This document shows, in pieces, positions 27,792-37,697 of a stretch of 64,000 nt of DNA (within the stretch, counting starts at the first letter, position 1; each line of letters begins with the position of its first letter). Where the stretch lies: the NCBI GenBank assembly GCA_018882895.1, contig VERF01000001.1, positions 27,286 through 91,285 of the forward strand. The letters are read 5' to 3'. A program made the position numbers and the translations under genes. The stretch is from Candidatus Kapaibacterium sp. GTDB taxonomy: Bacteria > Bacteroidota > Ignavibacteria > Kapaibacteriales > Kapaibacteriaceae. Under the pieces are notes generated by a model. That model saw only the letters and a list, made by a program, of their open reading frames with translations. It did not search any database and was not told the origin of the DNA.

Positions 27792-30175
27792 TGGGCTCGC
27801 AAACGCACAAAGACGTGTGTTATCACTGCGGAGCAGAGTGCCGCTCGGGATCTGTGCAGGCTGATGCTCATTCCTTCTGTTGCCATGGATGCGCCGGTGT
27901 CTACGAGCTCTTGCGGGCTCATGATTCCTGCACCTACTATGATGTTGAGGCGCACCCAGGTCAACGGCCTGAGTCTGATCATGCGTCACGGTATGACGGC
28001 CTGGACCTGTCCGGTGCCTTTGTCTCGTCAGGGGGCGCAGTGGGACGATCGATCCTGCAGGTTCAGATTCCTGATATGCACTGTGCCAGCTGCGTCTGGC
28101 TTTTGGAACGTCTGACACGGTTTGATGAAGGGATCGTTTCGTCGCGGGTCGATCTTATGTCGCGGACGTTGACTGTGGATTTTCGTACAGACCGCACCAC
28201 TGCTTCGCGAATTGCCATGCTTCTGACGTCGCTGGGTTACCCTCCGGTGACGCAGGCCGAAGCCAACGATGGCAAAGCCGTCAAATCAGGTCGTCGTAAA
28301 CTCTACACGCAGCTTGGCGTAGCCGGATTTGCTTCCGGCAATGTCATGATGATCGGTCTTGCCAAGTACGTTGCCGGACCCGGGGGAATGTCGCCGGATG
28401 TGGAACTGACATTGCGTTCCATCGAGGTAATACTCAGCATCCCAGTGTTGCTGTACTGCGCGCAGCCATGGCTCCGCTCGGCGTGGGGAAGTCTGCGGCG
28501 TGGCGTGGTCAATTTGGATGTGCCGGTTTCAATTGGAGTTCTGACGCTCTTTTTCAGAAGCTTTGTTGACATCTTCATTACACGTGGAGATGGATTCCTG
28601 GATTCATTCACCGGCTTGGTCTTTCTGCTTCTGATCGGTCGACTATTTCAGCAGCGTGCCTTCCAAGCCCTCGAGTTCGATCGCTCCATGCGATCATTCT
28701 TCCCCCTGTCGGCTACGAGAATTCACCGTGGTACGCGGCACGATGTTGCCATCGAGGACCTGGCCGTCGGCGATCTGATCTTCGTACGCAATGGGGAGGT
28801 CATCGCCGCTGATGCAATCCTTCTTCAGTCGTCGGCGGTGGTCGACTATGCCTATCTCACCGGTGAGTCCGAGCCTGTGGAATGCGCGCCCGGTGCGATG
28901 CTGTATGCTGGTGGCCGAATCCTTGGCCGTTCAGTTCAACTGAGCGTCGTCAAGCCATCGACAACCAGCTACATGGCCTCGCTTTGGTCACGCCAGGATA
29001 CTCACACACAACGCACAAAGCTGGCATGGACCAGCGAACGGTTTGGTCTGATCTTCACGATCGGTGCATTGGGCATTGCACTAGCCGCCGGAATTGCCTG
29101 GTTGCCAAACATCGAAATGGCACTGACGGTCTTCTCTTCGGTGCTGATCATTGCCTGCCCCTGTGCCCTGACGCTGGCCATGCCCATCACGTATGGCACG
29201 GCCATGACGATGCTTGCCGGCAAGGGCATCTTTCTCAAGAACGTTGCGGCCATCAGCGAGCTCCAGAGCGTCGGCCACGTGGTTTTTGATAAGACCGGAA
29301 CGTTGACGTCGCCAGACAAGGTCGAATACGTTGGCGAACCACTTGCCCCCTGGCAAAGAATGGCCTTCGCATCGATGGCACGTCATAGCACTCACCCGGT
29401 TAGTCAGGCGATCGCACGGCAGGAAGAGTCCTTTGAAGCCTTGATGATCGATGTTGAAGAGATCTCGGGTAAGGGGCTTGTCTGCACCATCGGAGACGTG
29501 CAGTTGGCTCTTGGTTCGGTAGGCCTTGCAACGGTGCCGATGACCGATGTGAGTCCTGATGTGAACCGCTCAGGCAGTCTGGCCATCATCGATGGCCGTG
29601 CCGTTGGACGCTATTTGATGCGCCATACGATGCGTCCGGGTGTGGAACAGATGGTCCGCCGGCTTATGCGGCGATCGACCAATGTGAGTGTGATCTCCGG
29701 CGATAGTCCGGCTTCAGGAGCTGTCCTGTCGCGACTGTTCCGCCCAGAGCAGGTTCAGCTTTCGGCAACCCCTGAGGAAAAGGTCCAAAGGATCCATGAA
29801 GTGCAGAAGGCCGGTGTTCGCGTCCTGATGGTGGGAGATGGCCTGAACGACATCGCAGCAATGTCTGCGGCCAATGTATCCGTCGCCGTCAGCAATGGAT
29901 CGAGTCGCATCGTACCTGCCTGTGACGTCATGATCGATGCGGGACGTGTTCCCGTGATCGACCGCATTCTTGAGTATGCAACCGCCCAGAGGATTGTGGT
30001 GCAGATAGCGTTCTGGTTCACGATGGCATATAACGTGCTCGGCATCACCCTTGCCGCCAGCGGACAGCTCTCGCCCGTCATCACTGCAATCATGATGCCG
30101 GCAAGTTCGCTGCTGGTGATCGCCATCAGCGTTGGTGGCGCAAGGTGGACATTTCGGAGGATGCCATGGGAGTGA
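27791..30175 (+). CDS. ccoI: Heavy-metal (copper) translocating P-type ATPase, CcoI/FixI-type, N-terminal Cys-rich metal-binding region
   Basis: CPC motif IIACPCALTLAMPI, DKTGTLT phosphorylation site, GDGLNDIAAM hinge; N-terminal YHCGAEC / CCHGCAG; start ATG overlaps rrf2 stop (TGATG). Confidence 0.85.
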   Translation: MGSQTHKDVCYHCGAECRSGSVQADAHSFCCHGCAGVYELLRAHDSCTYYDVEAHPGQRPESDHASRYDGLDLSGAFVSSGGAVGRSILQVQIPDMHCASCVWLLERLTRFDEGIVSSRVDLMSRTLTVDFRTDRTTASRIAMLLTSLGYPPVTQAEANDGKAVKSGRRKLYTQLGVAGFASGNVMMIGLAKYVAGPGGMSPDVELTLRSIEVILSIPVLLYCAQPWLRSAWGSLRRGVVNLDVPVSIGVLTLFFRSFVDIFITRGDGFLDSFTGLVFLLLIGRLFQQRAFQALEFDRSMRSFFPLSATRIHRGTRHDVAIEDLAVGDLIFVRNGEVIAADAILLQSSAVVDYAYLTGESEPVECAPGAMLYAGGRILGRSVQLSVVKPSTTSYMASLWSRQDTHTQRTKLAWTSERFGLIFTIGALGIALAAGIAWLPNIEMALTVFSSVLIIACPCALTLAMPITYGTAMTMLAGKGIFLKNVAAISELQSVGHVVFDKTGTLTSPDKVEYVGEPLAPWQRMAFASMARHSTHPVSQAIARQEESFEALMIDVEEISGKGLVCTIGDVQLALGSVGLATVPMTDVSPDVNRSGSLAIIDGRAVGRYLMRHTMRPGVEQMVRRLMRRSTNVSVISGDSPASGAVLSRLFRPEQVQLSATPEEKVQRIHEVQKAGVRVLMVGDGLNDIAAMSAANVSVAVSNGSSRIVPACDVMIDAGRVPVIDRILEYATAQRIVVQIAFWFTMAYNVLGITLAASGQLSPVITAIMMPASSLLVIAISVGGARWTFRRMPWE

Positions 30176-30354
30176 TGCCCATTATCATTCTGCTGAGCCT
30201 TGTTGTGGCAGGGGGCTTTGCCATCGCATTTGTCGTTGCGGCCCAGCGCGGACAATACGATGATGTTCAGACGCCATCAATGCGCATGCTTTTCGACGAT
30301 GAAACCTCGCAACCGACGGTGAAGCCATCGGTGAGAACAGACAATTTGAACTGA
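30166..30354 (+). CDS. ccoS: cbb3-type cytochrome oxidase maturation protein CcoS/FixS
   Basis: Small single-TM protein MGVMPIIILLSLVVAGGFAIAFVVAAQRGQYDD typical of CcoS; overlaps ATPase stop. Confidence 0.7.
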   Translation: MGVMPIIILLSLVVAGGFAIAFVVAAQRGQYDDVQTPSMRMLFDDETSQPTVKPSVRTDNLN

Positions 30355-30396
30355 TCATTCATCAATCATAATCTGCACGGGAGGGTGTAAGACCTC

Positions 30397-32559
30397 ATGA
30401 GTACAACCATTCAATCAGAGACCGGACAACAGCATCTGGTCCGATACGACAATGACATCGTGAAGATGTTTGCCATTGCGGCACTTGGTTGGGGGATCAT
30501 TGGATTCCTTGTCGGTCTGATCGTCGCCATCAAACTGTATCTGCCGGACTTCCTGGGAGGAATCGACTTTCTTTCCTACGGCCGTCTTCGTCCGCTACAT
30601 ACAAATGCGGTGATCTTTGCTTTTGCAGGCAACGCGATCTTCGTTGGCGTCTACTACTCATTGCAGAGGCTCTGTAAGGCAAGGATGTTCAGCGACGTGC
30701 TCAGCAAGATCCACTTCTGGGGCTGGCAAACCATCATCGTCAGTGCTGCTCTCACGCTTCCGCTCGGCATCACCTCAAGTAAAGAATATGCGGAACTCGA
30801 ATGGCCGATCGACATTGCCATCACACTCGTGTGGGTGATCTTCGGCTGGAATATGATCGGAACCGTTCTTCGGCGGCGCGAGCGACATATGTACGTGGCT
30901 ATCTGGTTCTATCTGGCAACATTCATCACAGTTGCGCTTCTGCATGTGGTAAACTCGCTGGCCTTGCCGGTTCACCTTTTGAAGAGTTATTCGATGTATG
31001 CCGGAGTCCAGGATGCTCTGGTACAATGGTGGTACGGGCATAATGCTGTTGCATTCTTCCTGACCACGCCGTTTCTGGGAATCATGTATTACTTCATTCC
31101 CAAAGCTTCGGGTAGGCCGGTATTCTCATATCGCCTGTCGATCATTCACTTCTGGGCGCTGATCTTTCTCTATATCTGGGCAGGTCCGCACCACCTTCTT
31201 TACACGGCACTTCCTGATTGGGCGCAGTCACTGGGTGTGGTCTTTTCGGTGATGCTCATTGCTCCATCATGGGGCGGCATGGTCAACGGCCTGCTCACGC
31301 TGCGCGGTGCGTGGGATAAGGTTCGTATCGATCCGGTCCTGAAGTTCTTCGTCGTTGGCATCACCGCTTACGGTATGTCGACCTTCGAAGGTCCCATGAT
31401 GTCGCTTAAGAACATCAATGCGCTGACGCATTACACCGACTACATCATCGGTCACGTGCACCTGGGGGCATTGCTCTGGAATGGCGGTCTGACCTTTGCG
31501 ATGCTCTACTACATCATCCCACGGATCTATCAGACAAAGCTGCATTCTCTTTCACAGGCCAACATGCACTTCTGGCTCATGACGCTTGGCGTCGTGATCT
31601 ATGCCGTGCCGATGTACTTCGGAGGAATCACACAGTCGCTGATGTGGAAGCAGTTCCTACCAGACGGAACCCTGCAGTACACCAACTTTCTCGACACCGT
31701 TACGCAGCTAATTCCGCTCTATATCATGCGCTCCATTGGTGGCACGCTCTACCTTGTTGGCGCGTGTGTCGGAGTTTGGAACCTGTACAAGACCGCCAAG
31801 AGCGGCTCTCTTATGGCCAATGAGGAAGTTTATGTGCAGGCCACTGAGCCAGAGCATGTGCCACAGACGAAGGAGCACTGGCACCGTAAGATCGAAGGAC
31901 GGCCGGTTCGATTTGCCGTCTACGTCTTTGTGGCCATTCTGATCGGCGGTGTCGTTGAGTTCATTCCAACTGCACTAGTTCAATCAAACGTACCAACGAT
32001 CTCCTCCGTGACGCCGTACACGCCCCTTGAACTTGAAGGGCGCGACATCTACGTACGAGAAGGCTGTTACACCTGTCACTCGCAGATGATTCGTCCGTTC
32101 CGATCCGAAACCGAGCGTTACGGTGAGTATTCGAAGCCCGGTGAGTTTGTGTATGACCGACCATTCCAGTGGGGATCGAAGCGAACCGGACCGGACCTGC
32201 ACCGAGAAGGGGGCAAGCGTCCGGATGCATGGCACTGGAAGCACATGATGGAGCCGAGGTCGACATCACCAGGATCGATCATGCCCAGCTATCAATGGCT
32301 CTATTCGAGTGCCTTGGATGTGCGGCATACCGAGGGAAAGATCCTGACGATGCAGAAGCTCGGCGTTCCATACGCGGAGGGATATGCCCAACAAGCTGTT
32401 GCCGATCTGCAATCGCAGGCAGAGGGGATTGCTGAGTCGCTTCGTTCCAGCGGAATAGAGGATGTGTCGGCCGATCGTGAGATCATCGCATTGATCGCCT
32501 ATCTGCAAAGACTCGGAACAGACATCAAAAAGACGCCCGCTACGGCGTCAATGAACTGA
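30397..32559 (+). CDS. ccoNO: cbb3-type cytochrome c oxidase, fused subunits I and II (CcoNO)
   Basis: 12-TM heme-copper oxidase subunit I followed by a monoheme cytochrome c domain (CYTCHSQMIRP); fusion is characteristic of Bacteroidota-type cbb3. Confidence 0.9.
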   Translation: MSTTIQSETGQQHLVRYDNDIVKMFAIAALGWGIIGFLVGLIVAIKLYLPDFLGGIDFLSYGRLRPLHTNAVIFAFAGNAIFVGVYYSLQRLCKARMFSDVLSKIHFWGWQTIIVSAALTLPLGITSSKEYAELEWPIDIAITLVWVIFGWNMIGTVLRRRERHMYVAIWFYLATFITVALLHVVNSLALPVHLLKSYSMYAGVQDALVQWWYGHNAVAFFLTTPFLGIMYYFIPKASGRPVFSYRLSIIHFWALIFLYIWAGPHHLLYTALPDWAQSLGVVFSVMLIAPSWGGMVNGLLTLRGAWDKVRIDPVLKFFVVGITAYGMSTFEGPMMSLKNINALTHYTDYIIGHVHLGALLWNGGLTFAMLYYIIPRIYQTKLHSLSQANMHFWLMTLGVVIYAVPMYFGGITQSLMWKQFLPDGTLQYTNFLDTVTQLIPLYIMRSIGGTLYLVGACVGVWNLYKTAKSGSLMANEEVYVQATEPEHVPQTKEHWHRKIEGRPVRFAVYVFVAILIGGVVEFIPTALVQSNVPTISSVTPYTPLELEGRDIYVREGCYTCHSQMIRPFRSETERYGEYSKPGEFVYDRPFQWGSKRTGPDLHREGGKRPDAWHWKHMMEPRSTSPGSIMPSYQWLYSSALDVRHTEGKILTMQKLGVPYAEGYAQQAVADLQSQAEGIAESLRSSGIEDVSADREIIALIAYLQRLGTDIKKTPATASMN

Positions 32560-32566
32560 GGTTGCC

Positions 32567-32770
32567 ATGTACAAGAATGTTCTCGCCAGCATACCCGGCA
32601 TTGAGTGGTATCCAATCGTTGCACTGGTGCTGTTCTTCGGCTTTTTCAGTGCACTCCTGATATGGTTTGTGCTTGTCGACAAGCGTCGGCTTGAGCACCT
32701 TTCCATTGCTGCCCTTGAAGACGGTGAGCCCGTTGGGCAGGTGTCACCAACAACATCAATCGGAGAATAA
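32567..32770 (+). CDS. ccoQ: CcoQ/FixQ-like small membrane subunit of cbb3 oxidase
   Basis: 67 aa, single TM helix (WYPIVALVLFFGFFSALLIWFVLV), position between ccoNO and ccoP. Confidence 0.6.
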   Translation: MYKNVLASIPGIEWYPIVALVLFFGFFSALLIWFVLVDKRRLEHLSIAALEDGEPVGQVSPTTSIGE

Positions 32771-32775
32771 CGGAC

Positions 32776-33402
32776 ATGTCAAACGAACAGCAGAACCACG
32801 AAGAAAAGCTCCTCGATCACGACGCAGATGGCATTCGGGAGCTCGATAACAATCTTCCACGCTGGTGGCTATATGGCTTCTATCTCACGATCGCTTTGAG
32901 CGTGATCTACATGTACTATTACCATGTTTACACAGGGCCGGACTGGAATATCCTTTGGTATGGCCCGAGGACATCGGAAGCAGAATATGCAGCCCAGGTC
33001 AAAGAGGCAGAGCTCATGATGGCCAATGCTCCGAAGTCGAAAAAGGAGCCAATTGTACTTCTGACTGATGCGGCATCGTTGGCAAAGGGAGCTGAGATCT
33101 TCAACGGCATGAACAGTCTCTGTTATACATGTCACCGCGAGGATCTTGGCGGTCAGGTCGGCCCGAATCTCACCGACGAATACTGGATTCATGGATGCTC
33201 ACTCGAGGAGATCGTTGCCAGCATCACATCAGGCTTCCCTGAGAAGGGGATGCTTGCGTACGGTAGCGGCAATAAACTCTCCGATAGGGAACTGATGCAG
33301 GTTGCCTCGTACATCATATCGAAGAAGGGCTCTAATCCGGAGGATCCAAAGCCCATTGAGGAAGGCCGCGAAGTTCTGTGCAGCAATCAACCGGCTCAGT
33401 AA
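32776..33402 (+). CDS. ccoP: cbb3-type cytochrome c oxidase subunit III (monoheme CcoP)
   Basis: FixP N-terminal domain (NNLPRWWLYGFYLTIALSVIYMYYYH) and one CxxCH (CYTCH). Confidence 0.8.
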   Translation: MSNEQQNHEEKLLDHDADGIRELDNNLPRWWLYGFYLTIALSVIYMYYYHVYTGPDWNILWYGPRTSEAEYAAQVKEAELMMANAPKSKKEPIVLLTDAASLAKGAEIFNGMNSLCYTCHREDLGGQVGPNLTDEYWIHGCSLEEIVASITSGFPEKGMLAYGSGNKLSDRELMQVASYIISKKGSNPEDPKPIEEGREVLCSNQPAQ

Positions 33403-33429
33403 GAAACTCGTTTCATAAGAGCAACAACA

Positions 33430-34905
33430 ATGTCAATCGTTGACATCAATACCATCGAAGATCATGAGCGCTTTCGCGCCGAGCTGGCGAGCATTCGACC
33501 CGACGGCCGTCGCAAGTGGATCTATGCGCGCAAACCTCGTGGACGATACACGAATTGGCGTACAGTTCTGAGCGTTTTTCTGATGGCCTTTTTTCTGCTT
33601 GCCCCTTACGTGAAGATCAATGGTCACCAGTTCATGCTTCTGAATATCATCGAACGAAAGTTCGTGTTCTTTGGGATGCCGTTCTGGCCGAGCGACTTCT
33701 ACCTTGTAGCGTTGATGTTTGTGACAACGATCGTGACATTTGTCATAGCCACGGCCAGTCTCGGCCGCATATGGTGTGGATGGCTATGTCCACAAACGGT
33801 CTTCATGGAAATGGTGTTTCGAAAGATCGAATGGCTGATCGAAGGTAGTCCGGTCGAACAAGCCAAGCGTCATGCCGGTCCATGGAATCGTGATCGCATT
33901 GTGCGTGCCGGAGCCAAGGTCCTTCTGTTCTCGGCAATGAGCTTCGTGATCGCCAACACGTTCCTGTCGTACGTCATCTCAAGTGATGTGCTGCTGCGTT
34001 ACGTCGCCGATGGCCCCTTGGCGCACCTCGAGCTGTTTCTTGGTCTGATCTTCTTCACCTTTGTGTTCTTCATGGTATTCTATCGATACCGCGAGCAGGC
34101 ATGCCTGATTGCCTGTCCGTACGGCCGATATATGTCAACGCTGGTGGATGAACGGACCGTGACGGTATCCTATGATCATCTGCGAGGGGAGGGTCGTTCC
34201 AAGTGGTCTCGCCAAGACGTTGCGGCCCAGAAGAAGTCATCAGCAGAGGGCGAAAAGTTCAGTCGGCCAAGCGGATCAGGTGATTGCCTTGATTGCCACC
34301 AATGCGTTACTGTTTGTCCGACAGGTATCGATATACGCAACGGTATCCAACTTGAGTGCGTCGGCTGCACCGCATGTATTGATGCGTGTGACGAGGTAAT
34401 GGACAAGGTTGGACTTGATCGAGGATTGATCCGGTACGCCAGTCTGAATTCCATTCGTACTCGTTCACGCACCGGCTTGCTGACCCGGCGAATCGTGGCC
34501 TACGGTGTTGTTTGGATCATCCTTATGTCCACAGTGGTCACACTGCTTGCAATGCGTTCGTCTCTCGATGTGGTGATCCTGCGTCAAGCTGGCACAACGT
34601 GGGTAATGACCACTGACGGCTTGGCCAACTTCTATCAGATCCGTCTTATCAACAAAACATCGGCCGACATGCCGATCAATGTGCGTGTTCGCCAGCCCCA
34701 TGGCATGATCCTGCAACCTCTCGGGCTTCCGACATCTCTCAAGCCGGAAGAGATCGTTACGGCACGATTCATCCTAACCCAGCAGAGCCGTAGTGACGAG
34801 GATGACGATGAGCAGGATCGGATGCAGGGGGCTGAGCAGGTTGTGATCGATGTTGAGACGCCAGATGGTGTGCAGTCATTCAAAACCTCATTTGTTGGTC
34901 CGTAA
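33430..34905 (+). CDS. ccoG: cbb3 oxidase accessory 4Fe-4S ferredoxin-type protein CcoG/FixG
   Basis: TM N-terminus, two ferredoxin Cys clusters (CPQTVFME; CLDCHQCVTVCPTGIDIRNGIQLECVGCTACIDACD). Confidence 0.85.
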   Translation: MSIVDINTIEDHERFRAELASIRPDGRRKWIYARKPRGRYTNWRTVLSVFLMAFFLLAPYVKINGHQFMLLNIIERKFVFFGMPFWPSDFYLVALMFVTTIVTFVIATASLGRIWCGWLCPQTVFMEMVFRKIEWLIEGSPVEQAKRHAGPWNRDRIVRAGAKVLLFSAMSFVIANTFLSYVISSDVLLRYVADGPLAHLELFLGLIFFTFVFFMVFYRYREQACLIACPYGRYMSTLVDERTVTVSYDHLRGEGRSKWSRQDVAAQKKSSAEGEKFSRPSGSGDCLDCHQCVTVCPTGIDIRNGIQLECVGCTACIDACDEVMDKVGLDRGLIRYASLNSIRTRSRTGLLTRRIVAYGVVWIILMSTVVTLLAMRSSLDVVILRQAGTTWVMTTDGLANFYQIRLINKTSADMPINVRVRQPHGMILQPLGLPTSLKPEEIVTARFILTQQSRSDEDDDEQDRMQGAEQVVIDVETPDGVQSFKTSFVGP

Positions 34906-34919
34906 GGAGAGATCGAAGC

Positions 34920-35366
34920 ATGAACTGGACCAAGAACACGTGGGGACGCAACATCGTCATCGTCTATGCGCTGTTTGCCTGCGCAACTCTGGGATTTGTT
35001 GCCTTTGCCATGACCCAGCGCGTTGATCTGGTTAGTGAGCACTACTACGAGGATGCTCTCAACCACGACAAAACAGCGGCTGCGCGCTATCGTGCCCGAA
35101 TCATGGGCGCGCGTTTTGTGCTCGAGCCCACACAGCTAAGGATGCTGCTTTCGCAAGGCAGTATCGTAGACGGAAAGGTAGTGGTCGACCTTCAAAGGCC
35201 GGATGATCCAAGACTGGATTGCCACGTCGAATTCGAATCTGCCGATCTTGATTCACTTATCTTTTCGCTCAACAACCTGCGTGCGGGTGTTTGGAGAGTT
35301 GGGGCCAGATGGCGCTCCAGGTCACAGGATGTGCGTCTTGATACTGTTATTCGGGTGATCCGATGA
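34920..35366 (+). CDS. FixH/CcoH-family protein
   Basis: Single N-terminal TM (IVIVYALFACATLGFVAFAMTQ) plus ~110-aa periplasmic domain; follows ccoG as in fixGHIS clusters. Confidence 0.6.
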   Translation: MNWTKNTWGRNIVIVYALFACATLGFVAFAMTQRVDLVSEHYYEDALNHDKTAAARYRARIMGARFVLEPTQLRMLLSQGSIVDGKVVVDLQRPDDPRLDCHVEFESADLDSLIFSLNNLRAGVWRVGARWRSRSQDVRLDTVIRVIR

Positions 35367-36082
35367 CTCTTGCAATCATCGCAGGTGCAACGCTAGGTCT
35401 GGCATCGTCTCTGCATTGCGTCGGGATGTGCGGTCCTTTGATGTCAATATTCGTCCAGGTAAACGACAAGGGTGCTCCTTTACGACGTCGTCTGGTGCTT
35501 CATCATCTCGGCAGAGTGCTTACTTATTTGGTGTTGGGTCTGTGCGTTGGCGCAGCTGGCGATGCATTGCAGATCTTCAAGCTCGGTTCTTCTGTGTCAA
35601 TTCTGACGGGAACTGTTCTCATCGTGTTTGCAATCGGACAGTATTTCGGTCGTTCGCCACATCTGCCTGCACCTATGGCAGATATCATGCGAAGAATTGG
35701 CCGATTCGTGACGACTTCTACTGCCGGCACGCCACCATCTTTTCGTCCCGTGACCATGGGCGTTATCAATGGACTCCTGCCGTGTGGAGTCTCACTCACG
35801 GCGATCATATCTTCGGCAACAATCCCTGATCTGGCCACTCGCGCGGCCTTTCTGTCGGCATTTGGCGCTGCAACTGTGCCGGCTCTGCTCGGTTTTGGGA
35901 TAGTTATCCGCCGGCTTGGACGCCACTGGACAGCGCGTCTCAACTCGGGACTAGCAGTCGCAACCATTGTCGTCGGTATGCTCATCATCATGCGCGGTCT
36001 CTCACTTGGCGTGCCGTTGATATCTCCACACATTGCCGTCGCAGAAGATGTACACGTCCACAGTGGTTGCTGTGGAAAGTAA
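35363..36082 (+). CDS. Sulfite exporter TauE/SafE-like / DsbD_2-type membrane protein associated with cbb3 clusters
   Basis: N-terminal HCVGMCGP motif and 6-7 TM helices; this family typically follows fixH in Bacteroidota cbb3 operons. Confidence 0.65.
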   Translation: MTLAIIAGATLGLASSLHCVGMCGPLMSIFVQVNDKGAPLRRRLVLHHLGRVLTYLVLGLCVGAAGDALQIFKLGSSVSILTGTVLIVFAIGQYFGRSPHLPAPMADIMRRIGRFVTTSTAGTPPSFRPVTMGVINGLLPCGVSLTAIISSATIPDLATRAAFLSAFGAATVPALLGFGIVIRRLGRHWTARLNSGLAVATIVVGMLIIMRGLSLGVPLISPHIAVAEDVHVHSGCCGK

Positions 36083-36187
36083 AGCAGGTTTGCAGTGGCG
36101 ATAGGAAACAAATATCTTGTATTTCAGACAAAGATGTCCGATATTGCAAGTGCTCAATTCACCAATGATTCAAGGGAAAGAAACAGT

Positions 36188-36595
36188 ATGAATCGGCTCA
36201 TTATGATGGCGGCCTTTGTACTTGTGGCGATGGGTAATGCATCTGCCGCAGATGATAAGGCGAAGCTTATGGCTAGGGGACAGCAGGTTTATAACGAATA
36301 CTGCAAGACATGTCATCAAGCCAATGGTCAGGGCCTCGGTGCTGTGTATCCGCCGCTTGCCAAGAGCGACTATCTAAAGAATACACCCATGCCGCAGATC
36401 ATCAAGGAAGTGGTCAATGGCAAGAGTGGCAAGATCAAGGTCAACGGCAAGGAGTATAATGGCGTAATGGCGCCGCTTCCAAAGAAGTATAACGATCAAG
36501 ACATCGCATCGGTCATCACCTACGTGTACAATAGCTTCGGTAATTCCGGTCCTACGGTATCGGTCGCAGACGTAAAGAAGCACAAGAAAAAGTAA
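36188..36595 (+). CDS. Class I c-type cytochrome (secreted, monoheme); start at ATG 36188 (signal peptide); ORF track start 36095 is GTG
   Basis: Signal peptide MNRLIMMAAFVLVAMGNASAADD; CKTCHQ heme-binding motif; distal Met context. Confidence 0.8.
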   Translation: MNRLIMMAAFVLVAMGNASAADDKAKLMARGQQVYNEYCKTCHQANGQGLGAVYPPLAKSDYLKNTPMPQIIKEVVNGKSGKIKVNGKEYNGVMAPLPKKYNDQDIASVITYVYNSFGNSGPTVSVADVKKHKKK

Positions 36596-36625
36596 CATCG
36601 TGCCCCAGCACGATACGCTCTGCAC

Positions 36626-36666
36626 GCCCCCTGATAGCTACCGCTACAGGGGGCTGGCGTATTTTT
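36626..36666 (+). terminator. Rho-independent terminator after the cytochrome c gene (end of cbb3 cluster)
   Basis: GCCCCCTG-(13-nt loop)-CAGGGGGC stem followed within 7 nt by TATTTTT; the T-run also forms a TATTTTTG -7-like box 27 nt upstream of pdhA. Confidence 0.6.
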
Positions 36667-36694
36667 GCACGGTTCCATCACTTTGATATCGACA

Positions 36695-37696
36695 ATGGCA
36701 CGAAAGAAGACAGTCGGCATCCCGGCAGAGTTTCGTCGAGAGATGCTGCGTTATATGCTCATGGCGCGTGAGTTCGATACGGCCATGTTGCGTCTGTATC
36801 GTCAGGGCAAGGCCTTTGGCGGAGTGTATTCACAGTTGGGCAACGAGGCCGTAAGTGTGGGCAGTGCATTGGCACTTGATCGCACGCGTGATGTGTTGTT
36901 CCCGATGCACAGGAATATTGGCGGTCACTTCGTGTTCGGTCAAACACTTGATCAGTTGATGCTCAATCATCTGGCTCGTGAAGGAAGTCAGATGCGCGGC
37001 ACGGACGGAACGGGTCATTATGCCGACCCAGCCCTTCGCATCTATGGAAACGTCTCGCACCTTGGGGCAATGATCCCGGTGGCAGCAGGTTTCTCAATGG
37101 CAGATGCCATGCGCGGAATCACCACCGTGTCGATGACCTACATCGGTGACGGAGGAGCGCAGGTTGGCGAAGTACACGAAGCCTTGAACTTTGCCGCCGT
37201 TCACAAGCTGCCCCTAATTCTGATCATTGAAAACAACCAGTATGCATATTCGACGCCGAACTCGCTGGAGTTTGCCTGCGAGCGCCTCAGTGACAGAGCG
37301 CTCGGGTATGGAATGCATGGCGTGACGATTGACGGCACAGATGTGGAGATTGTCTACGACACCTGTCTGGAGGCGGTGCAGCGTGCCAGGCGCGGCGAAG
37401 GACCATCTCTGATTGAGACAGTGACAATGCGCATGCGAGGACATGCCGAGCACGATGACTTTTCGTATGTGCCCAAGGAGCTTCTCGAAGAGTGGGCCGC
37501 CAAGGACCCCGTTGAGCGTTACATCGACAGGCTCGATGCCGGCGGCGTGCTCTCGCGTGCACAGGCAGAGGAAATGCGTACCGAGATCCTTGCTCAGATG
37601 ATCGAGGCGATCGATCGCGCTCTGGATCGGCCATGGCCAGCCGCCGAGGAGGGATTACGTAATGTATTCATGACGCCAACAGGGGAGCAGCGCTGA
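36695..37696 (+). CDS. pdhA: Pyruvate/2-oxoacid dehydrogenase E1 component alpha subunit (TPP-dependent); start at ATG 36695
   Basis: TPP-binding motif region YIGDGGAQVGEVHEALNFAAVHKLPLILIIENNQYAYSTP; followed by beta subunit with 1-nt gap. Confidence 0.85.
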   Translation: MARKKTVGIPAEFRREMLRYMLMAREFDTAMLRLYRQGKAFGGVYSQLGNEAVSVGSALALDRTRDVLFPMHRNIGGHFVFGQTLDQLMLNHLAREGSQMRGTDGTGHYADPALRIYGNVSHLGAMIPVAAGFSMADAMRGITTVSMTYIGDGGAQVGEVHEALNFAAVHKLPLILIIENNQYAYSTPNSLEFACERLSDRALGYGMHGVTIDGTDVEIVYDTCLEAVQRARRGEGPSLIETVTMRMRGHAEHDDFSYVPKELLEEWAAKDPVERYIDRLDAGGVLSRAQAEEMRTEILAQMIEAIDRALDRPWPAAEEGLRNVFMTPTGEQR

Positions 37697-37697
37697 T

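Noticed and set aside
36120-36187. FNR/CRP-like box (ATTGCAAGTGCTCAAT) upstream of the cytochrome c gene
   Set aside because: Only the outer 4 bp are palindromic and the match to TTGAT-N4-ATCAA is 6/10; insufficient.
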